Of a stretch of DNA of 64,000 nucleotides, positions 37,404 to 49,566 are shown piece by piece. The notes beneath the pieces were generated by a model. It was not told where the DNA came from and made no database searches. It was given only the letters and a program-made list of their open reading frames with translations. The position numbers and the translations under genes are program-made. The stretch is taken from positions 55,862,001-55,926,000 of the forward strand of contig OZ286467.1 of NCBI GenBank assembly GCA_965644265.1, in the 5' to 3' direction. The DNA is from Glycera tridactyla (lineage: Eukaryota). The stretch's first letter is position 1. The number at the start of each line of letters is the position of its first letter.

Positions 37404-40400
37404 TAGTCTGGAAGCCAAATGGGATTTTTTCAAGAACCTTGCAAAAATACCCCCCAAAGAGGTTATTGCAGAATCTGGTACAGAAAATGGTCTAGAATCA
37501 TAATCTGAATGATGCCCAGCTGGCATCATTGAGCATTTTCAGAAATTCAAGATGGCGTCCAAGATGGCCGCCCCCACATTGGCCTGACTGAAATGAGGTA
37601 TATCTCACTTATTTTTCTCTCAATTTGTTCATGTAATACCTCTTTTCCTATGTTGTTCAGGCTACAGACTCATCTGTGATGTTATTTTAGTGATTTGATA
37701 TATATTTACATAGTTAAATGGCTACAGTCATGTGAAATATACAAAAAAATGCTTTTCCATACATGTTCAGAAGATACATACAATTGAACCTGGCTTTTCA
37801 CCATAACTCCAGCAGCCTTTTTCAGGCCACCCCATGAACAATCACAGCACAATATTGTAACCATTCATGTTATATCAATTCGAATGATCTGGCCTGTCTG
37901 TGCCCAGTTCTCTATCGCCAGACACTGAATCGCACTTTGGACATGCTATTCCATAGCAAGCAGCAACAAATCTTATGGCCCCCTTAATGAGTGTATCCAT
38001 GTTAATGTGTTCTTCAAGAGACAGTCGTATGTGCCCTTTGTTTAAGATATTGAGAGCCTTTATTTTACCAATGCCATGAATTGCACCTGCAGTGTCGCAT
38101 CCAGTCAAAGCATGCATTGCTAGCAAATGTGGCACACTACCACTGTGCTTCTCAACTGTTGCACCAATATCAACAATCCTTCTCTTTGAACTGGTTGGCA
38201 CCATCATGATGTGGCAAACTGGGTCGAGACATTTATAGTAATGCAAAAAGTGTATGAAGACATCAGTGTCATCGCTGATGACATGTATATGGTCACTGCC
38301 CTGCTTTGCAGCTACTACAACCTGGTTGATAACGATTGTATCTGCCTCCTCATGCTTGATCTCCATGTCAGGTCGCTGAATCTCTAAGCCTTGAGTGGTT
38401 ACAAGGATCTTTCACAAATTCTGATGGCAGGTTACAACATATGAGATCAATTACCTGTGCCTTGTTACTAGTGATTGTAAGTGATGTTGACTGTGGTGGA
38501 AGTGGGGATGATAAAGTGAAATGGAGTTGAGATGCACCAGCCAAAGCTCTGGTGTCTCGAGTACACCCTCTGGGACTATAATCATAATGTCTGTCAAAAA
38601 ATGAGATACACGTCACTGTTTTGTAGTTTTGGACTGATGTATCTGGCAAGGGACACCACAAGATCTTTGACTGTACCATTAGGCCAATGGATAGCCCAAA
38701 GTATAGCACAGCCATCAAACACAATTACATCAGCTCTTTTAAAAGTTCGAGATGAGTGTTCAACTTGAAAGTGATTTTTCAATCTTGATTTGGCAGTGGC
38801 TGGACGGAGGCCACAATTCTCTGTGAATGGTGAGGTTGGGATAGGTGCTTAACTCATATGAGAAAAGATTCTGCAGATCAATTTCACCTGATGCTAATAA
38901 CCCAAGTGTGTGGTTGAATATATCTGTAGTGCATTTTGAACATTTACTGACACATCAGCAAGTTTGCCAGAAACTATGTTGAATAAAGCATGAGGATGCC
39001 CTTCAGGATTGAGAGGATGAATACACTGTCAAAGCTTTTCATGTAGCTTGTCACGATCAGGTGCCTCTGACTGCATCCATGCTTTTGTTGTCACTGACAG
39101 CTTCACGCATTGCAGTAATGTCTCAAATAATCTGGCTGCATGTGTGAAGACTCAGAGCCCAGCGTCTTGTAGCTTTTTCACCCAGAGTGATACCAGTTAA
39201 CCCTTCATGGCTGTGACCATATCTCATGAAAGTGGTTTCCATGAATATGTCTGACCATGTAGAGTTGGCAGAGCCAGGTGTATGTCTCTTGGTGTGGTGA
39301 CCCTTCATGAATTGTCTCTGTATGTCAGATGGAAGTGATTCCATGGATCTAAGATAGTGAAGCCTATACCATGCATGATTGGCATGACCAGCTGCAAAGT
39401 ATGAAATCATATGAACATTAGACCAAAATTGTAGAGGCCAGTCTGATTCTCGTTCCGCTCTGATGAAGGCCATCAGGATAAGGCAAGGACTTATAAAAGA
39501 GTCCACCCACAATTTTGCTGTTGGACTCCTGTCAGATATACTGATCAGCAACTCATCCAGTTCATCATATGTACTTATATTGATTATCTGTTCCCATAGC
39601 TGTTCTTCTGTGAGAAGTCTGAAAGCCCTCACATTTTGTGGATACCTATTGCCAGTCAGCATTTTCTCAACACCACCAAAAGCATGCTTGAGTAGTTCAC
39701 TTAATCCACTGTCTACCATCAACTTTCCAACTTTCCAATACAACCACAAAAATCGTAAAAGGTATTAATCAAATGTTTTTCTTGGAGTACAACACCTAAT
39801 GCATCCTGAAGAGTTGTAGGTTTATGGGTCGATGCTCCCAGGCTGTCATCCAGTGAAGGGCTGAGTTTGCTGAGCAGGGACAGCAGTGTCTCGCTACATT
39901 GACTTTGCACATTAGCTTTATCACTTCTGCTATTGTAGCATGTAGGGTCCCGGGCAAGTGACTTGAATTTTTTCATTATTTGTTCAGCAATAGTGTTCAA
40001 ATTGCCTGAGTCATCATCACTAGTCTGAACTAAGTTCACTAACTCTATGCTCGAGAACGAAATGCCAACAAATTGGCCAATCCATCACAAGATAGTATGA
40101 GAATCTTTTCACCGAAATGATCTGAGATCTCTCCAACCAATTTCTGACACTGAAGTTCCGCACCACTTTTCTCGGCATACAGATCATGTAGTTCAACTGA
40201 AGACCATAGTTTGTCAGTATCAGATTGCATAATCTTGATAACCTCATTGAAGGCACTGTCTTTATCGGCAGGTCTGACAGAATCCTGGGCTTTTTGGACT
40301 GACTTGGGAGCCTTGAAAGCTGGTCAACAGTCAGTGTGATAGCAAGCATCTGCTGCATGAAGGTTACTAAGAGCACCTTGAATGCGCAGTTCTACTTCTT

Positions 40401-41573
40401 CTGCCCATACATCTTTACGTTCCTGGCATGCATGAAGAATTGCCTCTCGCAGGCACCTCTTATTGAATGACTCAACTGTACGTCATCGACTAACAGTACG
40501 CCATCGATTAGGATTCTTGACATCTTTTTTCTCTATACATTGTTCCCCACAAAAAATACAGTGGGTCAGAAAGCTGAAATCTGTTCTTGTTTTTCTTCTA
40601 GTTCTTTTAGCGGGTGGGGGCTCACTTGATAAGCGTGTTCTAGATTTAAGGATATGCTGAATTTTCAGTGTTGAACAATATGTCGAAACACAGTTTCGGT
40701 GACAATTAATCATGTGATTGCTGTCCCTTTCCAAGGCAACAGTCAGTGGGAAGATCATCTCCTCTTTCTTCACTGGCTGCTATTATGGACTTGATCCTCT
40801 CACGCCCAGCCACCGTAAGCTCACTGTCAGTGTTTTTGGCACTGCACTTGTCAAACTGCTTGAAATAACAAGTTTCCATCTTGATCTACTTGAGTACATT
40901 TACATCATAAATTACATTCTGAAGAAATGAGAGAAGCAAAATAAGTAGGTGCACATCTGATTAAGCAGTGCTAGACAGAGGTTCAATCACAGTCATGACC
41001 TTACCACCCTAAGAGAAAGCACAATGTTATAGAATGTGAAAAAGAAAACGTCAACATCAGTGTTTGGATGCTCGACATACCAAACTCTGAACTTGGGTAC
41101 CATCACCTTGGGAAAATGAAGATAGAAATTATACAGTCACCATTTAGTGGACAAAACAAACTATCATGAGGTTAGTTCATGCAATTATAGCTATTCACAC
41201 CAACGAACCCAAAGTACCAAACATAGAATACGTGGAAATTTTGCCTATTTTATCTCCCTCAAAGTTTTCAAACACATAGAGGATCGTCTGGATCACTTTG
41301 GAAATGCCATAAATCAGTTCTCAGACCATGACAACATGGAAAAAGAGGTATTACATGAAAAAATCGGACAGGAATCCACCAAAATATGGCCATTCACTGT
41401 TGTGATAGTGAAGTGGCGGCCATCTTGGACGCCATCTTGAATTCTCGAAAATGCTCAAGGATGCCAGCTGGGCATCATTCAGATTCTGACTCTGGACCAC
41501 TTTCTGTACCAGATTCTGCAATAACCTCATTGGGGGGAATTTTTGCAAGGTTCAGTTTCTGGCTGCTGGACTA
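37404..41573 (-). mobile_element. AcademX-type DNA transposon, decayed and internally deleted
   Basis: TAGTC...GACTA termini; imperfect TIRs of ~250 bp; 3-bp TSD GAA at 37401-37403 and 41574-41576; encloses transposase and XPG-like fragments. Confidence 0.82.
37875..40773 (-). pseudogene. Fragmented Academ transposase with XPG/FEN1-like nuclease domain
   Basis: Several frames: HCIFCG N-terminal cysteine motif; FIRAERESDW, AAGHANHAWY, WSDIFMETTFMRYG and GITL..RW (Academ transposase-like); HEEADT, SDDTDV and HALTGCDT..GIGK (PIN/H3TH-like). Confidence 0.8.
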
Positions 41574-42211
41574 GAAGTGTACATATATTGAATATGAGGA
41601 TTGATCCGACATTATTTTTGCTATTTGTATACGAGATACTCGTTAGGAATCCTATATTCGCTTAGTACTAAATTTGCATACTTTCGAGTATTGAGAAAGT
41701 ATTTTGAATCCTTTGAAAAGTCAAACCATGACATTCGGTCACAGCGGGCACTGAATTTCAACGGTCGAGCATAGTTGGACGCGCAGGTCATCTACCCAAC
41801 AGTGAAATGTCACACATTACCGGCGAATTTTGTTCTGTCAGTACTTCGTAAAACTACCAATATTTGCATCGTTTCAAATGCTCCATCGCTGTACGGACGC
41901 GAGCATCATTTTGACCAATTTTCACTTTTTGTCAGGGACCGGGAAGGATGAGAGACTTGAATGGTTTCACCCATGCCCGTCGCGTGGGACTCACAATATA
42001 ACTTCAACGTGTAGCTGCAATACTGTATTGGACAGTATTGCAGGTCCACTACCGCACCTCGAAGCACAGGGTATTGTAGCAGTTATTTATACCTTATTGT
42101 GATGTATAATTTTGTTTATGAATAATATGTGAGTATTTGGCAATTTGACATTTGTTTTTGTGTTGCAAATGTGTTTGGAATGGAATTGAGGATTTATTCC
42201 TCATCTCCAAA

Positions 42212-42360
42212 TGAATGGTTGTTTTGTTTGGGGTTTAACGTCACGTCAGCTCCATCTGGGTTATATTGTGACGCCCATAGGCATGGGTGGGATCTTACAA
42301 GACTCCTCCTTCTGGGTCCCCAACAGAAGGCGAAAATTTATGAAATTCACAGACAAAAAC
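42212..42360 (-). mobile_element. Family A copy (only clear minus-strand copy)
   Basis: GTTTAACGTCACGTCAGCTCC..TATATTGTGACGCCCAT..AAGACTCCTCCTTCTGGGTCCC. Confidence 0.85.
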
Positions 42361-42799
42361 AAACAAATCTGAAACGAAAGCTTTGAATCATTTTTGAATC
42401 CTTTCAATATAGCGCAAAAGGAGATGACGTAACGCTCAACGAGAATCAGGCAATCAGGCGAGATGGCCGGTCGTAATTGCATTCCTCACAGTGACAAATG
42501 ATACCGGTACTCCCATGTGTCACATAGTCGTATGTAGGCGACACGTCCTAGTTTTTACTAGGCACTCGAGGCTATTTCTATAGCAGCGGGGACCTACAAG
42601 GTGCTTCCGGTACGTGTCACGAATTGACAAATGTCAGTGACTTCATGAAGCCATTGCTGACAGGCTGGACCTAGCCGAAGACACCTCCACTTCTATTCTG
42701 GAACTGTCTGTTCAAAATCACTGATTGTTTCCCAAGATCCACCGGACAGGTAGCTCAGATAATCGACTATCTGATGTACAATATGAATACGTCAGAAAT

Positions 42800-42965
42800 T
42801 GCACCTTCAGTGTCTCTGAATTCAATAAATTCACATCTTTCATATTAGGTACTGCAGGAGGAGCAGTCCTTAATAATCCCATCATGCCCTTTGTATGGAC
42901 ATATCGATGTGACCCAGATGGTGTCCTCAGGATGAACTCCAACAACCAATCGACTAACCAAACAA
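42800..42965 (+). mobile_element. Family A copy (degenerate)
   Basis: CACCTTCAGTGTCTCTGAATT..GGAGGAGCAGTC..CCCATCATGCCC plus CAAC-like tail. Confidence 0.55.
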
Positions 42966-43958
42966 CCATGTTATATAGAGATGTCAAAGCCCTACTTCCG
43001 ATAGATATTTTTGTCAAACCCAAATGTCAGGTATTCATATCTGACTTCCAAAAATGTAGTCGCGCAGCCATCTTGGAAATTTCTAGATAGTGAAAGTGTT
43101 TTCCCGGGCCTAGTCGTCATCCAAATAAAACGGCACATGGTAACAGTAATAATTTAATGGTGAATTTTATGATCGACCATAAGAATCGGTGGCTCATTTA
43201 ATGAATAAAATACTCGTATGATACTGATGGAGAGGTTGGTATTTCAGACACAAATTATCAAAGTCTACGGCAATCTCACTGTTTGAATAGCATGATGTTC
43301 TGGGGCAGTTCATAAACATTCGCGAATTCATGATAGAATCTTCACTTCCACCTAGCAATAACAAATTTACTTCACCAGCAGAAATAATACACTGACAGAT
43401 ACAATACATACATTTTACATGATCCACCATTCATTAAACACCCATTATGTCAAATATATCTCAATATACTAAGAAAATGACCCATGGGTCCAATAAATGA
43501 CATTCAGTGAAATAGATTATAAATGAATTTATATGAATACAGAATAATTTAGGATGATAGAACATGGTTGTTGGGATCTGGTGAGGATGGGAACATGGAA
43601 AGAAGAAAAGAATAAAGATATGAATGGACCGAAATCAGCCATAAACACCTGCAATATTAATGATGTGATCAGTTGTTCTGCGCTTATGCCACTATAGTCG
43701 GGTCGACGATTTTCCCATGTCAGATTATTTCATGTATCTCTCCTATATTCAGTGCATTCATCTCCAAGTAGCATTGAGGTTGGTGAGACTGAATTGCCTA
43801 CCTGAAACGAAAAATTAAATCCTTTAATGATAAGTTAGACAATTGTGAATCGTATGCATACGACGAGGGTATTAAAGGTCCATCGTGTGTATAGGGGTCT
43901 CTTCCTGTATGCATGTAAACCAGTCGTTGGTGTCCCTCACAAGAAGTAAAGAACTGTC

Positions 43959-45134
43959 CAAGAAAATCCCGATGTCATTGCTCCTCTCGGAATAAGATTC
44001 GGAATCATATACATCTGGCCCAGTCAACAAAGGAGACCACCAACCCATCACTATACAAAAGTAGATACCTAGAGATTAGGTCACATTATAGTGATCATGA
44101 GGCCATCTTCACCGATGGATCCAAATGTGAGAGCAAAGCATCAGCAGCTGCTTATACAGAATCACAAACCTATTACTGCAGGCTACCTGATTGGTCAACA
44201 GTGTTTTCAGCTGAAGTGAGTGCTTTACTTATGGCTTTCAAATACATATCAAGATCGGAAAAACAAAAGTTCATAATTTTCACAGACTCCCTGTCTTCTC
44301 TGCAGGCCTTTCAGGAAAATCTCAGGAACTGTATACTCTTGCAAATCTTAGAAGAGTATCAAATAATCAAAGATCATCAAAAGACTCTCAGACTTTGCTG
44401 GATTCCAAGACATATTGGAAATCCTGAAAATGAGGCAGCTGATAAAGCGGCCAAAAGAGCTCTAGGTTTACCAGTCACTGAGATGGAAATCCACTATTCC
44501 GACTTCAAGCCAAGAATAAAGCTCTATATTGACCAACTCTGGCAGAATGAATGGGGAACCAAAAAGCAAAATAGATTATATTGCATCAGTCCAAAACTGG
44601 AGGACAGATTTCCTGTGAGAACTATGAATAGAAGAGAGGAGATAGTACTTTCCCATCTGAGGATAGGACATACATATCTCACACATTCACACCTCCTGAA
44701 AAAAAACGAGGCAATCCTAATTGCTTTGCATGCGGATGCCATCTCACAGTCGAACATTTATTGCTCAACTGTAGAAAACTATTGCAAACTAGAGTAAAGT
44801 ATTACAGTGTTGAAAATATCGCACAACTTTTCATGAAAGTCGATCCAACGGACATACATGTATTCGATTATTTGCATGAATTGTGAGTATTTAGACAAAT
44901 ATGAATCGTATGCATGCTAACCCAGTGCATGCCGACTGGGATATCAAAGGCCGGCCATGTATATACGAACCTTTTCCTGTACCCATGTTAAAGATCCACT
45001 GCTGTCTTTCGCAAAGAGTAGGGATAGCCCCCGGCAGGCAGTGACTCTTTTCTTCAGCATTTTCAGTTTTTTTTTCAGTCCAATATAACCCAAGCGGGTT
45101 TAAGTGATGTTAAACTCAAACAAACAAACAAACA
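43959..45134 (+). mobile_element. 5'-truncated copy of the Nimb/I-group LINE (RNase H, CCHC remnant, 3' UTR element B)
   Basis: Colinear with about 51489-52742 with a small internal deletion; ORF 44201-44797 contains FTDSLSSLQA and WIPRHIGNPENEAAD. Confidence 0.9.
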
Positions 45135-45844
45135 CACCAACCAAGGCAGGGCTGTCTCCTTTTTCAACATGTTCAGTCTAACCAAGTGAGTGTGAAAGGA
45201 CGTTAAACCCAAACACAAACTAACCAACAAACTTTCTCGTTACATCAACGTGATACGATAAGGAACACGCATTTTCCGGCTGGTGATGGAACGCCAGTTC
45301 ATGACATGAATGTACGGTAGATCGTGTGTCACTGAGTAGAATTTTGCCAGGAAAACAGGTCAACGATAGTGGTTGAATGAACTGTAGGTTTATGTTTGAA
45401 GGTATGTTGAGAATGTTATGGCGCCGGGCAAAGCTATTGATCAGAGGCAGCAGGGCACGTCTTCTTTGCCTTTGGCAGGGTAGCGAGTCATTCATGAAGG
45501 TCACAATGTCACCCGTGATGCTATTCGGCACAGAACATGGCCGACAACACTTCAACAATAGATCAGTCCAACCTGCCTTATTTGCCTCCACCGGTGCAGA
45601 CCCAGATGGCACCACGATCGGGCCGCGCACACTGGACCTGCACGCACTTCTCTTTGGTAATCCAAGCGGCTATATTGAGAAAGGTAGAAACTCGGCGATC
45701 GACACTGATTGGTGGAGCTAATATATAGGTCATTACTGAGGCCAGGCTGCCCTACTTGCTTTGTAAGATTCTCCAGCAATATACAATGCTTCTGTTGTTT
45801 GTTTAGTGGACAAAATCGGCAACAGCAATCTTACATAGTTGGTA

Positions 45845-46021
45845 CAGTCGAACCTGTCTATAAAGACCGCCTTCGGTCGCAGCAAAAAGTGGTCTTTATA
45901 GACAGGTGGTCTTTATAGAGAGGTCATTTACTGTTGAAAATACTACCACGGTCACAGCCAGAGTGGTCTTTATAGAGAGGTGGTCTTTATAGAGAGGTGG
46001 TCTTTAGAGCAGGTTCGACTG
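45845..46021. mobile_element. Tc1/mariner-type MITE (GACCACC family)
   Basis: TA-CAGTCGAACCTG ... CAGGTTCGACTG-TG. Confidence 0.85.
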
Positions 46022-46034
46022 TGAATACAATCTT

Positions 46035-46530
46035 AACTCTATGCAGATGATACGCAGCTATATCTTACATATGATAGACACTCTCAAACGCTGAATTGCT
46101 GAAATAAGGATGCTCACAAATAAGCTCAAACTCAATGACTCCCAGACCGAGTTTCTTCTTTTCTCCAACTACAACCTTGATTCCCCATCTCTGTGAATTT
46201 CATAAATTTTCACCTTTCGTTTGGAACCCAGAAGGAGGAGTCTTGGAAGATCCTACCATGCCCATTGCATGGGCGTCACAATATAGCCCATATGGTGCTG
46301 ACGTGACGTTAAACCACAACCAACCAACCCCATCCACCCAAAAGATTAACATTTGGGAGGATGTCATCAGCTCTGGCAGGTCGATCTGCCGAAAAGCTGG
46401 GTGTCATCTTTAATGGTCGCCAACCCTTCACCATACATGTCACTGCTATTTGTAAGTCTGCATTCTTTCAGCTATACAAAATCAGCCGCATCCACAAATA
46501 TCTGACAGCAGATGCAACACAAATCCTCAT
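46035..46530 (+). pseudogene. L2/CR1-group LINE reverse transcriptase fragment
   Basis: LYADDTQLYL, NKLKLNDSQTEFLLF and LGVIF..HVTAICKSAFFQLYKISRIHKYL motifs in broken frames; interrupted by family A at 46190. Confidence 0.8.
46190..46327 (+). mobile_element. Family A copy with 7-bp TSD
   Basis: TSD CCCCATC at 46183-46189 and 46328-46334, consistent with target-primed retroposition. Confidence 0.9.
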
Positions 46531-47983
46531 GCATTCAGGCTGTGCTGCCGTCACTACCGAGGCAGGTTCGGACTGGGTGATTGAGGCTTATCCGCCTTAC
46601 AAGCCACTGCCCCAGCCTACGTTCGCCTTCATGGATGCAACATTTTAAAGCCATTGTTATCCTTTCCTCATCCTATCTATGCTGAAATATTCTAACCAGA
46701 ATTTGACTTCATGTGACCGTGTTCCGCTGTCAGCTGATGTAATGTCTATCGGGTACGTTTTGGGCCCACTAGCATCGCAAATCTGCATCAGTTTGAAATG
46801 AATCTCACCGAGGGACTGTGTTGACATCGCAGAATAGAAATGGAATCTACGGCGAATAAAAAGACCACAATGATCACTTGTATATTTCACGATGAAAAAT
46901 GCAGTTTTAGTTCTATTCTAAGGAATTGGGAGTTTTTGGATATTTCGATGAATCTTTGTTGGCTGGGAGGAATACCGGCCATGTAAAAGTGTTACTCAAA
47001 TGGAGAAGGAAAACATGCCCAGGTCTAGATAAATCCTGTTGATCACGAGCCGGGGAGGTGATGAACATGTATGGAAGCATGTCACTGTGTGCATCGCGTC
47101 TTGTATGCTGACTTGAACATGTGAGACTGAGGTAGGCCCCTATAAGATTGTATCGGATGCGATGCCACAGAGAAAGTAGACGAGGGCTACCAAATCAAGA
47201 ACATGTAATGTAGCTGTGTTTATGCTCGATTCTAGTCACTCAGGAATCCATCTGTGAATCCACATGTCTCCAGCCCGAAGTGTTCTGTTTTCAATTTAGA
47301 GGGAATGGGCTGAGAGGGGAAGAAATTGACATGATTAGTGCGCTTCCTGTCGGGCGAGGACTTGAAATATAGATAGGTGATCTATTTCAGATGGTACGAA
47401 ATGCAACGCAATACATCCTTATGCAGGAAAAAAACTAATTCGTTCCACCTGTAATGATTTAATGTATAATCATGTGTTGGAGGGCAGGTGCTAGTAGGTA
47501 AGCTCATGCTTCTGTGACTGAAATTAGATATAACACAAATTTCCTATCTGCGCATATTAGATATATTGCCTGTTTCGCCCTTCCCACCCACAGAATGATT
47601 TGGCGGTTCTGGGTTACAATGTCATTTTCTCAGTTGGTGCCAGGGTAGGAAAAGTCTACCTTCACTTTCATGCCTATGTGTACAGCTCCCGTTAACGGTA
47701 GTCCGAGAGTGCTAGATAATTTCTACGTTCGTTGCATCACAGATTAGAACCACAGTGGAGGTATTAACCACACGCCGGGACCATCAGCACAGCACTGGGA
47801 TCAATTTACTTTGCAGTTGAAGCCTTCTGCGCCCATTCAATCTCTGAAGAGCGATGGGACACGTTTGCGCCATCGTAGAAACATTCCGAACTCGGCGAAA
47901 TAGTTTTAATCGCTGTTCTGTTCAGTCTGATGAAGGACAATAACCCTAAACAAGCAAACAAAAGTCATAGAGCAAACAGTCAT

Positions 47984-48125
47984 GTCGAGATGACACCTTC
48001 CTTCAGTGACCAAAAAGGAGACGTTTTGCACAAACCCCCTTGTTCATTACATGGACGCCACATGCGGCGCAGATATGACGTCAAAACAGAACCAACCAGC
48101 CAACCACCAACCCAGCCAACCAACC
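47984..48125 (+). mobile_element. Family A copy (degenerate)
   Basis: GAGATGACACCTT..GACGTCAAAAC plus CAAC tail. Confidence 0.5.
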
Positions 48126-48254
48126 AGCCTCTAGGTAGTATTGATGAACTATAAGTTTGTGTACTCCAGCATGACAGCCTGAGTCCGAAACGGCATCTTG
48201 CGTGTCCGTGAATGTCATAAATTTCCCCATCGGGGACCCTTCTCAGCAACGTCG

Positions 48255-48915
48255 AGGTCCAGTGAACTAACTCGATGTTCACTGCACAGTGGAAGCCAAT
48301 TGAATCAATCCTATGGAAATAGGGTGATATTATGAAATACATTTTAATAACAGGAATGACACACTGACTGTCTGTGAATTTCATGGATTTTCATCCTCCG
48401 TTGGCGGTGGAGTCTTAAATTATCCCATCCATACCTATGCCCATTGCATTGGCGTCACAATATATCATATATGGCGCTGACATGATGTTGAACCACAACC
48501 CAGCAATCAACCTATTATATATGACGCTCACCTGATGTTGAACCACAACCAACCAATCAACCTATTATATATCACGCTCACCTGATGTTGAACCACAACC
48601 AAACAATCAACTTATTATCAACCTATTATGTTGTTGAACCACAACCAACCAATCAACCTATTATATATGGCGCTCACCTGACGTTGAACCACAACCAACC
48701 AACCAACCAACCTATTATATATGGCGCTCACCTGACGTTGAACCACAACCAACCAACCAACCAACCTATTATATATGGCGCTCACTTGACGTTGAACCCC
48801 AACCAACCAATCAACCTATTACATATGGCGCTTACCTGACGTTGAACCACAACCAACCAATCAACCTATTATATATGGCACTCACCTGTCGCTGAACCAC
48901 AACCAACTAACTAAT
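48255..48915 (+). repeat. Family A copy whose 3' end is amplified into a ~45-52-bp minisatellite (about 9 units)
   Basis: Unit TGACGTTGAACCACAACCAACCAATCAACCTATTATATATGGCGCTCACC repeated from ~48470. Confidence 0.85.
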
Positions 48916-49566
48916 CGACCGTATCATCAACAGTTGTTGCCTTAAGCTGTAACTTACGGAAGTTTGTCAGGGATCTGAATTCAAAAGCGGGTATTTGCTC
49001 ACTGCAGACGAGATGACGCCGGCGCCGTAATAATCAAATTTAACAAAATCCGAAGTATCGCCTCAGCAAATCGAATAGAAGTCCTCAACTTTTTATGCAA
49101 TTCATTAGAGCGGTGCCCATTCCAAGCAGCAGCAGCCAATTGAGAATTAAAATCCCTCGTACTAAAGTTCTTCATTTGGGCTGGCATGTATTGCAACGGA
49201 TCCCCGCCCAGGCTGAGAATGATAATGAGTCTCGAAAGTTTCATGAGGGTAATGAGGGATGATTTCAAAATGCCGGATGCAGACCAAGCAGCAGTATGAT
49301 GCCACTCTACGTCTAGCTATGTGGACCACCAGAATCTCTTTAACAACTATTTCGGTTTGAAAATGCTACTTCATACACCGGTCGGCAAAACAGATACTCT
49401 TTCCCTTCAAATATATCTGCCTGAGTTCTTTTGTGTATCAGGTCCCTTTCTCATCTCATCAATTCTGTTTTGTATACTGATTATATTTGTGTATTACTTA
49501 TACTTGCTTGTAAATATGTCTGTTTTCCCAAATAGGAAACTATAGTCCGTAGATACCTCCACAAAA

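Noticed and set aside
45220-45780. GC-richer block with overlapping 60-136-aa ORFs
   Set aside because: No recognisable domain, splice structure or element ends.
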